Positions 1-7,607 of a stretch of DNA of 33,088 nucleotides are shown piece by piece. The notes under the pieces were generated by a model that did not search any database, had not been told where the DNA came from, and saw only the letters and a list, made by a program, of their open reading frames with translations. The translations under genes and the position numbers were made by a program. The DNA is from a virus (taxonomy: Duplodnaviria; Caudoviricetes): positions 1 to 33,088 of the IMG/VR virus record IMGVR_UViG_3300027833_000141. The stretch is one strand, 5' to 3'. Each line of letters opens with the position of its first letter. The stretch's first letter is position 1.

Positions 1-733
1 AATATGCTGTTTTACCTAAAAAATCACTTGCGTTTTCTGAATCACCATCTATAAGTTCCATAGTTGGTAAAGGTTCGATATTCATACCTTTCTTTAACAT
101 ATGGTTAGTTAGTTGAGCTATTTTATCTGCTATATCAATACTATCAGTATATGAGGCATGTTCGTTTAGTGATTCCTTTATAGATACTATATCAAATACT
201 TCTTGTACTTCATCATCACTTAACTCATCAGGTAAAAAATCTTTAAACTTATCTTTACTTACTTTAAGAGCGTTTCTAGCAGCAGTACCAGATACACCAC
301 CTGGTGTTACTATGGTTCTTAACTCCATATTAGGATATTTAGATAGAGATTTAGTTCTACTTGAAATATCTTTAAAATCCTCTTCGTTATCTTGTCTAGC
401 ACCTATAACCCATAATACTTCTTCTTGTGGGTGTTCTTTAGCATAATCATAGATAGCTCTTATTGGTGCTACTGATGCTGGAGTTATGGTTACTTTCATA
501 GGTAGATTCCTTTTATAAATCTCCCAAATAAGTGTAGATTGTGATTGGGTTATACCATCACGTTCTTTAGCACCAACATAAATAATAAACTCATCTATCG
601 ATGGGTTTTGTCTAAGTGCTTCTTTAACTACTTCGAAGTGTCCGGAAGTTGGTGGTTTAAATCCCCCACCATAAACAGCGACAGTTTTACCTTTAACCTC
701 TTCTACTATTTCCTTAACTAACTTATCTATCAT
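1..733 (-). CDS. HxGH-type nucleotidyltransferase (cytidylyltransferase/NadD/CoaD-like) fused to a further domain; 3' end runs off the window
   Basis: Missing from the ORF track; translated by hand. The ATG at 733 overlaps the kinase stop (ATGA) and the frame is open to base 1: MIDKLVKEIVEEVKGKTVAVYGGGFKPPTSGHFEVVKEAL...VIGAR...GGVSGTAARNAL...SIKESLNEHASY...DFLGKTAY. GGGFKPPTSGH matches the GxFxPxHxGH/TxGH motif, and SGTAAR matches the SxTxxR motif. Confidence 0.85.
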   Translation of the reverse strand, partial: MIDKLVKEIVEEVKGKTVAVYGGGFKPPTSGHFEVVKEALRQNPSIDEFIIYVGAKERDGITQSQSTLIWEIYKRNLPMKVTITPASVAPIRAIYDYAKEHPQEEVLWVIGARQDNEEDFKDISSRTKSLSKYPNMELRTIVTPGGVSGTAARNALKVSKDKFKDFLPDELSDDEVQEVFDIVSIKESLNEHASYTDSIDIADKIAQLTNHMLKKGMNIEPLPTMELIDGDSENASDFLGKTAY

Positions 734-1500
734 CCTATAAAACTATTGATTTTATTTGTGATGGTACTCTGATCATCGAAATCTGGAGTGTTGGATAGTG
801 CTTGTTTAATATTAGCAACCATCTCTTTTTGTTCTTTATCTTTCTTTCTTTGCTCTTCAGGTGATTTAGGTTTACCTGTATATGTTACTGTCGCAAAGTA
901 TTTATCTATTTGTTCTTGACTATAATCTTTAATAGCTTCTTTAGGATCGTTATCTAAAATAACAAAGTTATCACCAAACATCGTTTCAAACTTTTCGATA
1001 TTTTTAGTTGTACTATCCCAAGTTCTTAATATGATTGAAGGACGTAAAGCTCTACCACCTTTTTCACCACGTTCTTTATTACGTTGTAAAGAAGTTAAAG
1101 GTGAAACGTATACAAACGCCATAAAAGTTTCATAACCTAGATCTTCTAGTTGTTGTTTCTTTTTAGCTATTGGGTTTGAAGCAGCGCCTGTACCATCTAT
1201 GATTAAGTTTTCACTATCACTCATAGATTGTTGTAGTTTGGATGTAGTATCCTTACGTGCTTGACCCATAAGTTTTGCTGCTGAAGATAACTCCTCAGCA
1301 CCATATTCTGCTTGTGGTTTATCTAAACCAGATGCTCTAAGTAGTTCCTCATAGGTATCGTCTATGTTTATAGATTTTAAACCTTTGTTACTCAAATATT
1401 GTTTAACAAAAGTGGATTTACCACTCCCAGCAGGTCCTGCTAAGAACACTGCTTTGGGTTTTTGTTCGTTTTCTAATAATAGATCTACTAGTTTTATCAT
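730..1500 (-). CDS. P-loop kinase, zeta-toxin/AAA_33 (PNK-like) family
   Basis: Walker A AGPAGSGKST, INIDD, Walker B-like LIIDGTG, and lid motif SLQRNKER. Confidence 0.8.
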   Translation of the reverse strand: MIKLVDLLLENEQKPKAVFLAGPAGSGKSTFVKQYLSNKGLKSINIDDTYEELLRASGLDKPQAEYGAEELSSAAKLMGQARKDTTSKLQQSMSDSENLIIDGTGAASNPIAKKKQQLEDLGYETFMAFVYVSPLTSLQRNKERGEKGGRALRPSIILRTWDSTTKNIEKFETMFGDNFVILDNDPKEAIKDYSQEQIDKYFATVTYTGKPKSPEEQRKKDKEQKEMVANIKQALSNTPDFDDQSTITNKINSFIG

Positions 1501-1513
1501 ATCTTATTTATTG

Positions 1514-1549
1514 TTATAAATATACGAAAAATATATTGGGAAACCTAAG
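1514..1549 (-). promoter_or_regulatory. Overlapping class I (TATTTATAA) and class II (TAGG-N19-TATATT) promoter-like motifs upstream of the kinase
   Basis: The minus strand reads CTTAGG-tttcccaatatttttt-like spacer (N19 in total, 1525-1543)-TATATT-TATAA, ending about 14 nt before the ATG at 1500. Both motifs recur at other gene starts. Confidence 0.55.
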
Positions 1550-2330
1550 ATCTTGGAACATCTTTTTGCACGACTGTTGTGTACTTTTCACTAAGTGGTT
1601 TTAGTACAGGGTGTTCGATATCGAATAAAGCACGTACGTGGGTATAGATTTCTAAGTTTTCATCTACACTTCTAGGTGATTCGTGAACTAACCATCCTTT
1701 ACCTTTAAGTACTTTACCTTTCTTATCCTCACCTCGTGATTTAGATTTTAACCATAATACACCTACTCGATCAACTTTAGTTTCATAACACTCTTCATAA
1801 CATCTAGTATAAAGTGCTGACTGGATATCATATGTGGTTTGTAAGTGGTTAGATGTTTTTAAATCGATAACCCATACTTCACCATCGATTTTACATACCA
1901 AGTCACAAGTACCTGCTACTTTAAGTGTATCACTATATAGGAATACTTCTGTCTCGAGTAACTCAGCGCCACTTGTCTCCCAAAAATCTACAAACGAAAG
2001 AAACATCTTCCATACTTTTAAATCGTATTGGGGTGAGTGTGTGTGTTGGTTGATTAACTCGATTTTATCTCCCTTTAAATATTGTTCAGCTAACTCGTGA
2101 ACTATAGTACCTTCACCTGCTGCTTTCTTCGCTATAAAATCTGCGTTTGAACCTACTTTTTTTAACCACTCCTCAAAGTATCGTCCTTTGGGGTAATATG
2201 ATAGAACAAACGTTACCGATGGGTATGTTTTTTCGCCGTCTTCGTAGAAACGAGAATCGTTAGTAGTAACTTGAGTAAACGTTTTGTTATACTCTTGTTT
2301 AGGGAAGTTAGCTTTTCTTAACTTTGTCAT
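1545..2330 (-). CDS. PD-(D/E)XK exonuclease (RecB/Cas4-like phage exonuclease)
   Basis: Motifs YPSVT, GTIVHELAE, VAGTCDLV...VIDLKTS and QSALY; adjacent to the primase. Confidence 0.85.
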   Translation of the reverse strand: MTKLRKANFPKQEYNKTFTQVTTNDSRFYEDGEKTYPSVTFVLSYYPKGRYFEEWLKKVGSNADFIAKKAAGEGTIVHELAEQYLKGDKIELINQHTHSPQYDLKVWKMFLSFVDFWETSGAELLETEVFLYSDTLKVAGTCDLVCKIDGEVWVIDLKTSNHLQTTYDIQSALYTRCYEECYETKVDRVGVLWLKSKSRGEDKKGKVLKGKGWLVHESPRSVDENLEIYTHVRALFDIEHPVLKPLSEKYTTVVQKDVPRS

Positions 2331-3259
2331 AAAGATAGTTTGTATTCTAATAACTTAGAATAGGTTAGTGGTTTTGTTTGTTGTATTATTTTAGTAAAGT
2401 CGTGGAAACCGTGCTCACTGGCATCCTTATCTCCTACGTCTACTAGGTATATTTCCTTGCCTTCATTCATCAACTTTTCACAAAATCGAAGTGATTGTTT
2501 AAACGCATCACTATCCAACGCAATATAGATTTTATCTACAATAGATGTGATTATTTTTTTCATAAGTGTTGATTGGATATTTTTACCCAATAAAGGTATT
2601 GCGTTTCTTTTTATTGCTATAGCATCAAATATACCTTCACATAATACTATTGGTAAGTTCCAGTTTATAAAATATTCGTTAGGTATGATGTCTCTTGATA
2701 CTGATGGGTTTTTATATTTTAAGGATGATGATGTATCGAAGTTTCTTGCTGTAAAATAGTTTAAATATCCCTCCGCGTCAAACGTTGGTAATATTAACAT
2801 ATTTCTATAAGGTCCTTCTTCACAATATCCTATTTGGTATTTAAGTATGTCTTCTTTAGTTATGCCTCGTCGTTTGAGGTAAGCTGCGGCGTGTCTATAC
2901 GTTATTTTCGATGTATCAGCGTTGTATAACGCTATATACTCCTTAGGTAATACAATCGCTGATTCGTCTACTTTAGTGTATTTAAACGACTTAGAGTTGG
3001 CTATTAACTTTTTAGCTTCTTGTATTTTATCGTTAGGTGCTTTAGCTAGTTTAAATAAAGCGTAAACTGACTGGCCACTTTTTTGACATGCCCAACATTG
3101 CCACTTGTTTTTACCTTCTCTATTTTCGGTTAGTTGTATTTCGAGTTTGGGTTTGGCGTGATGACAACTAGGACAGTGATATGCGTAGTTATCTCTAGCA
3201 GTGGGTTTACCACTACCTAAAACGGAGTTAACTAAACTAACTAATAACTGGTTTGTCAT
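2327..3259 (-). CDS. DNA primase (DnaG-type, zinc finger plus TOPRIM)
   Basis: Zinc-binding CPSC...CWAC, YLKRRGI, KYKNP, and TOPRIM motifs EGIFDA and ALDSDA; its stop overlaps the exonuclease start (ATGA). Confidence 0.92.
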   Translation of the reverse strand: MTNQLLVSLVNSVLGSGKPTARDNYAYHCPSCHHAKPKLEIQLTENREGKNKWQCWACQKSGQSVYALFKLAKAPNDKIQEAKKLIANSKSFKYTKVDESAIVLPKEYIALYNADTSKITYRHAAAYLKRRGITKEDILKYQIGYCEEGPYRNMLILPTFDAEGYLNYFTARNFDTSSSLKYKNPSVSRDIIPNEYFINWNLPIVLCEGIFDAIAIKRNAIPLLGKNIQSTLMKKIITSIVDKIYIALDSDAFKQSLRFCEKLMNEGKEIYLVDVGDKDASEHGFHDFTKIIQQTKPLTYSKLLEYKLSL

Positions 3260-3665
3260 ATAAATCTTTCCTAAAAAACTTCCCGAGAATATTCGAGTTT
3301 AAATATTCATCGTTTTCTAATACCTCGTTTACAAACTGTAACTTGGTTTCAAAGTAAGTGAGTTGCTTTTTCGTTGACGTAAATATAATAATCTCTCTTA
3401 CAAAATCCAACATATCTTGCGATTCTTTTACTAGTTGTTTTACTTCGGTTTGAGATCCGTAATATGTTTTCCAATCGCTTTCCTTTTGGATTTTACGTTT
3501 TTTCTTCTGCCCTTTAAGAGGTGGGAGAGTTCGATTTGCTATTAGTTGTTTTTTACCTAAATATTTTTTACCGCTTGGGGTGTGTGTAACTAAATATACG
3601 AAACCGAAAGTGTCGGCAGGCATATCCTCTATTGAGTTGATTTCTTTGTTTTTGTATAACCACAT
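3237..3665 (-). CDS. GIY-YIG family nuclease (stand-alone catalytic domain)
   Basis: Motifs GFVYLVT...KKYLGKK, YYGS, YFE and YLNSNI. The ATG at 3665 (MWLYKN) is preferred over the TTG at 3674, which lies inside the promoter-like motif. Confidence 0.75.
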   Translation of the reverse strand: MWLYKNKEINSIEDMPADTFGFVYLVTHTPSGKKYLGKKQLIANRTLPPLKGQKKKRKIQKESDWKTYYGSQTEVKQLVKESQDMLDFVREIIIFTSTKKQLTYFETKLQFVNEVLENDEYLNSNILGKFFRKDLYDKPVIS

Positions 3666-3672
3666 ATTATAC

Positions 3673-3701
3673 AATGTAAAAAGGCTCCCTATGGGAGCCT
3701 A
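3673..3701 (-). promoter_or_regulatory. Class II promoter-like motif TAGG-N19-TACATT, superimposed on the terminator
   Basis: Same N19 spacing as the copies at 1519-1547, 5541-5569 and 12228-12256; sits directly upstream of the GIY-YIG/primase/exonuclease genes. Confidence 0.45.
3678..3700 (-). terminator. Intrinsic terminator after the tail-fibre/chaperone pair
   Basis: The minus strand has a perfect 8-bp stem, AGGCTCCC-ATA-GGGAGCCT, followed by TTTT, 16 nt past the stop at 3717. Confidence 0.8.
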
Positions 3702-3716
3702 GTTGTTTTATTGTTG

Positions 3717-3962
3717 TTATTGAAAATGGTTAACTATAGGTAGGGAACCTGTTATTAAATCTGACCCAGTAGGGTAGGAAGAAGGGAAATTTTGAGATAA
3801 AGGCCAATCTCTTAAATCTTGTCTGTATACTATATACTCATCTTTATTAGGGTAATCTGAAACCATAGTGATATGATCTGTTGCCTTCAATTCTTCATTT
3901 CTCCATTGTTTAGCTTGGGTTTTAATAAAGTAGTCTTCAGTTTTTATTCTTCTATATGCCAT
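3717..3962 (-). CDS. Tail fibre assembly chaperone (Tfa-like)
   Basis: WRNEELKATD...YRQDLRDWP..NFP fits the RNxxLxxxD/YRQxLRDxP chaperone signature; lies directly after a fibre gene. Confidence 0.8.
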   Translation of the reverse strand: MAYRRIKTEDYFIKTQAKQWRNEELKATDHITMVSDYPNKDEYIVYRQDLRDWPLSQNFPSSYPTGSDLITGSLPIVNHFQ

Positions 3963-3963
3963 A

Positions 3964-5133
3964 TTATCCTATTTTAAAAAATACAGTTTGAGATAAATTA
4001 CTACTCATACCTGATATTGTTGTTATTGTTCTTATTATCCCATCCCCAATTAAATCTGATGATGTGAATGACCATTTAAAGAGTATTATTCCATTACCAT
4101 CATCTAAGTCAGCAAAGGCTAAAATGTTATTATCACTATCTATAGCAAATGAATTACCAAACGATATATTAGCTGTTGTATCAGTAAAAGTTTCATCTAC
4201 AGTTGTGGTTGTCCCATCAGCAAAGCTTGAAAACCCATCAGTTATTAGCTGTATAGATTTATTTCCTTGTTGTTTTCTATAAAAAGATATAGGGACAGTA
4301 GCAGAATTCCCAGTAGAACCCACTATAGCATATGTACTAGCATTAAAACTTATTTGATATTCAGAAGGTACACCTACAGGTTTTAAAAGACAATATACTA
4401 ACCCATCCCAAACCCTAAGATTCCATCTATATTGAGTGTCTTGCTGAGTTTGAAATCTAGTCATGGTTTGGTTATCTGTACTATTTGCTGCTTCATTTGG
4501 AAATGCTAAGGGGTTGGTTTGGCCAGCTCTAAAAACCCAAGTTCCATCTATTGTATCGCATGTCCAAAAAGTTACTTGAAGATTTGTATCTACAATACCT
4601 TTAAAATTATATTCTAACCCTACCCAAACTTCATTTGTAGGGTCCCAAATTATTTCTCGAAGATATCTACCTGATGCCACTGCTGGGAGGGTCTTATCAG
4701 CGTTTCTTGTGTATATACCATCTGATTGTTTAGTCCATGAAGGGATAAGGGTTACTGGGTTGTTTTGTTGAATGTTTCCTTGTAATTGGTAGTAAGTTAA
4801 ATAAATGGTATCCTCACTATCTACGTAGTGCATAGCAGGTGGTGATAATACACTTGGAGCACCACTATTCGTAATGCCTACCGTTGACTCACCTGTTGCT
4901 CCTATCCTTTCAGAGTAGGAAGCTCCTGTCTTTACAGCATTTGGGTATGTGGTTACATCTGATGAGAGGAAACCTGTTTGAAGAAATACTCCCCCTTCAG
5001 GGTGGTTGTAAATCCCAGTTGAGGGATCATAACCTGCTGTTGTTGAGGTAACATGAAATGAAGCATAAGTATTTGTTAACGCACTACCACCACCACTAGA
5101 TGGTATAGGGAAATATGTTGAAAAGTTACTCAT
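3964..5133 (-). CDS. Putative tail fibre/receptor-binding protein
   Basis: MSNFSTYFP..GGG N-terminus, GGVFLQTG...TYPNA segment, beta-rich body and FFKIG end; followed by the chaperone gene. Confidence 0.6.
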   Translation of the reverse strand: MSNFSTYFPIPSSGGGSALTNTYASFHVTSTTAGYDPSTGIYNHPEGGVFLQTGFLSSDVTTYPNAVKTGASYSERIGATGESTVGITNSGAPSVLSPPAMHYVDSEDTIYLTYYQLQGNIQQNNPVTLIPSWTKQSDGIYTRNADKTLPAVASGRYLREIIWDPTNEVWVGLEYNFKGIVDTNLQVTFWTCDTIDGTWVFRAGQTNPLAFPNEAANSTDNQTMTRFQTQQDTQYRWNLRVWDGLVYCLLKPVGVPSEYQISFNASTYAIVGSTGNSATVPISFYRKQQGNKSIQLITDGFSSFADGTTTTVDETFTDTTANISFGNSFAIDSDNNILAFADLDDGNGIILFKWSFTSSDLIGDGIIRTITTISGMSSNLSQTVFFKIG

Positions 5134-5142
5134 ATTGTTTTA

Positions 5143-5151
5143 TTATAAATA
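5143..5151 (-). promoter_or_regulatory. Class I motif TATTTATAA (putative late promoter)
   Basis: About 10 nt upstream of the ATG at 5133; one of seven intergenic copies. Confidence 0.55.
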
Positions 5152-5153
5152 CA

Positions 5154-5312
5154 TTATTTATTCCTCCTATAAGGAAACTTTTTATTTAAATAGTCTTGTC
5201 TAGCATCACAACCGCAATCCTCACCAAAAACAGCTTTAACAACTGTTTTGATACCTGTTGAGGAGGTAAACTTTTCAATAGTATCTCCTAATCCTTTACT
5301 CTTGTTGGGCAT
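5154..5312 (-). CDS. 52-aa small protein with GLGD and DCGC motifs
   Basis: Missing from the ORF track; translated by hand as MPNKSKGLGDTIEKFTSSTGIKTVVKAVFGEDCGCDARQDYLNKKFPYRRNK*. It fills the gap exactly and its start overlaps the end of the glutaredoxin-like gene. Confidence 0.8.
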   Translation of the reverse strand: MPNKSKGLGDTIEKFTSSTGIKTVVKAVFGEDCGCDARQDYLNKKFPYRRNK

Positions 5313-5514
5313 TTTTAATCATTTTAAAAAATTCGTTTATCTGATATGGTCCTTCTAATTGAAAGGTAGTAAATTGGATAACTGGTACTTTTTCAGGTTT
5401 ATATCCTTCAAAGTCATCCCTATTAATATAAATCTTTTCAATATTAATACCTTCTGGTGATTCTAGTTGTTGGCAGAACTCACACTCATCTTGTACATAA
5501 ATTTTATATTTCAT
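5296..5514 (-). CDS. Glutaredoxin/NrdH-like thiol-disulfide oxidoreductase
   Basis: 72 aa with KIYVQDECEFC (CxxC after the first strand), KVPVI (cis-Pro motif) and a downstream Gly. Confidence 0.7.
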   Translation of the reverse strand: MKYKIYVQDECEFCQQLESPEGINIEKIYINRDDFEGYKPEKVPVIQFTTFQLEGPYQINEFFKMIKNAQQE

Positions 5515-5540
5515 AACTTACTTGTTTTTATTTATTATAT

Positions 5541-5570
5541 AATATACTACTTTCATTCCCAACAACCAAG
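5541..5570 (-). promoter_or_regulatory. Class II promoter-like motif CTTGG-N19-TATATT
   Basis: Upstream of the A-rich leader of the glutaredoxin-like gene, with the same spacing as the other three copies. Confidence 0.55.
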
Positions 5571-5587
5571 GTATTTGTATGAGTTGT

Positions 5588-7288
5588 CTACGTACAGGTT
5601 GCTCCAGTTGTTACATTCAAACCATACATATACCCACTAGGAGTAAACTCATAATACCCATTGGCGTATGTTGTAACTGTTGTATCTACACAACGAGTAA
5701 TAGGATATGTTATCCCATAACTTACTGAGGTATTATTATTCGAAGTATAGGAGAGTTTTACAGAACCAATATTCGCAGCTGTGTTAATACCTAAGGGAAT
5801 AAATGTAACTAAGTTATATGATGGGGTTGGTGGAGGTGGTGGTGGAGGTGGTGGTGGTTGGCCTGGGTCTTTTGTAGTAAAGAAGTTCCTGGTTGATTGA
5901 CCTCCTCTTGATACTTGACCTCCCTCAGCTGTTCTCCAATGACCCGCATATGTTGATCTCCATAATGATACTGACCCTATTTGAGTAAATGATACCTGAG
6001 CTGATATATTCCCGTATGCACTAGTTATTGATACTGATGCTATGGGGGTACCAGTTACAAAACTTGTGTATATAAAATCAGGACCTAAATCATTTAGGGT
6101 TCCTGGTCTAGTAACCCCTAAGAAGTCTCTTTGAGATAATCCTTGTAAACCCCCATATTTATTGCTTGTAGCGTATATTCTATAATCTCCACCTGAGCAT
6201 GAATAGTTAAGAGTTGTCCCATTTACTGCGGGGATGGTATATGGTGCTGAGTATCTAACTCTACCTCGACCTGTGTAGTTTATAGTAGCACCTCCACTCA
6301 TAGTTGGGAATGAAGTTCCTCCATAAATTCTTCCTTGTGTTTCAAAAAAAGCATTTCCAGCGTCTAGATTTATACTAGTAGTTCTACTTTGACCTACACT
6401 AACTATATCACCATTACAATATCGACCAGAAGAAACAAAGAGGTTGTAACTTCCATTTGCGAGATTTACGTAGGCTGATGTATAGGTACACCCACTTAAA
6501 GATATTGGGAATCTTGCGTCTGGGGCTGATACTGAAAAAGTTGAAGTAGCACTATTACCATTTGCTGTTGTTGATCCTGTTTTAACTGATCTACAATATA
6601 CTCTGACTGAAGAAGAACCACCACATTGGGCTGTTGTGTTTCGATAAATTCCATAACCATTATAGTTACTCCAATTTACATTATCATATGAGTATTGTGC
6701 TATATAACCGGCTGAGGATGTTTCTGAGGGTTGGGTTATTACCCATTCTGCTGATGCACTTTGGGGACCATTACTAGTTAAAGCAGATGCAGATCCAAAT
6801 TCTTTTCTAACAGAGATTGTTGGGGGAGGGACAGAAACACCTATTACTGTGACTGTGTATATCCCATCTTTACCCCTTTGATCTGTAACCGTAACTGTAA
6901 ATACGTTATTTGTAGTTGGTTCTCCAGCATTTGTAAATAATGTATCCGGTATAGTAAATGTAAGACCTGAAACTGGGTTACCTGGAGTTATAGGTGTAGT
7001 TGGGATTGGTGTAAAACCTGTTGGCCCATCAACCGCATAACTAACTATGGTATCTAAGGGATCTAAATCTTGAGCTGAAAATATTATATTTACATTGGAG
7101 GCTACTGTTATTCCTATAGGAAAATTTAAATCTCCATATTCTCCTACATCTGGGGTTGTTAGGACAATTTGAGGGGCTATATTATTTTGCCAAACTAAGA
7201 TCCTCCCCAAACGAACCTCTTCGATTTCTTTGGATCCGAGGTTTATGTTTCTTGCATTCTTTGAAGAACCTAACTTAATTTCTGGCAT
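5588..7288 (-). CDS. Putative receptor-binding/virion fibre-tip protein (Ig-like domains, poly-Pro linker, Cys-containing C-terminal domain)
   Basis: N-terminal IKLG...I..V.LG...VW motif; Ig/PKD-like NIAPQI...SAQDLD...FTVTVTDQRG segment; long poly-Pro run; 7 Cys. Confidence 0.6.
   Translation of the reverse strand: MPEIKLGSSKNARNINLGSKEIEEVRLGRILVWQNNIAPQIVLTTPDVGEYGDLNFPIGITVASNVNIIFSAQDLDPLDTIVSYAVDGPTGFTPIPTTPITPGNPVSGLTFTIPDTLFTNAGEPTTNNVFTVTVTDQRGKDGIYTVTVIGVSVPPPTISVRKEFGSASALTSNGPQSASAEWVITQPSETSSAGYIAQYSYDNVNWSNYNGYGIYRNTTAQCGGSSSVRVYCRSVKTGSTTANGNSATSTFSVSAPDARFPISLSGCTYTSAYVNLANGSYNLFVSSGRYCNGDIVSVGQSRTTSINLDAGNAFFETQGRIYGGTSFPTMSGGATINYTGRGRVRYSAPYTIPAVNGTTLNYSCSGGDYRIYATSNKYGGLQGLSQRDFLGVTRPGTLNDLGPDFIYTSFVTGTPIASVSITSAYGNISAQVSFTQIGSVSLWRSTYAGHWRTAEGGQVSRGGQSTRNFFTTKDPGQPPPPPPPPPPTPSYNLVTFIPLGINTAANIGSVKLSYTSNNNTSVSYGITYPITRCVDTTVTTYANGYYEFTPSGYMYGLNVTTGATCT
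5823..5857 (-). repeat. CCA/CCT microsatellite encoding a poly-proline linker
   Basis: Plus strand ggtggaggtggtggtggaggtggtggtgg encodes a Pro run between Gln and Thr-Pro. Confidence 0.9.
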
Positions 7289-7323
7289 ATCCTATGGTAA
7301 AATATTTGGATTAATAAACTATA

Positions 7324-7578
7324 TTATACTTCATATATTAAGTACAATGTTTGAGGATTAGGTGTAAAACCTGGGTCTTCATAATCTGTATTTAATATAT
7401 AAACCATAGCGGATGCCGTGGGTACGGATGTTGGATAGTTTGTTATCCAAACTTTTGAGGAACTTACTGCATATGATGATGTTTCAATATGCCCTGAACC
7501 TGTATATGATCCGGATATGGATACTACTGCGCTTGAACCTAATACTGATCCACTTAATATTGCGTCATCTATTCTCAT
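7324..7578 (-). CDS. Small fibre adaptor-like protein
   Basis: 84 aa with SGS/TSSYA fibre repeats and a C-terminal Y...PNPQTLYLI motif typical of fibre C-termini; has its own class I motif at 7597-7605. Confidence 0.55.
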   Translation of the reverse strand: MRIDDAILSGSVLGSSAVVSISGSYTGSGHIETSSYAVSSSKVWITNYPTSVPTASAMVYILNTDYEDPGFTPNPQTLYLIYEV

Positions 7579-7596
7579 CTAACCTATTTTATTTTA

Positions 7597-7605
7597 TTAT
7601 AAATA
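7597..7605 (-). promoter_or_regulatory. Class I motif TATTTATAA
   Basis: In the 29-nt gap before the ATG at 7578. Confidence 0.5.
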
Positions 7606-7607
7606 TT

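Noticed and set aside
730-1500. Epsilon-zeta toxin-antitoxin module
   Set aside because: There is no small antitoxin-like gene upstream; the neighbours are an exonuclease and a nucleotidyltransferase, so only the fold family is supported.
7289-7300. ATCCTATGGT shared with 12172-12181
   Set aside because: Only two 10-nt copies in different contexts, which cannot be distinguished from chance.
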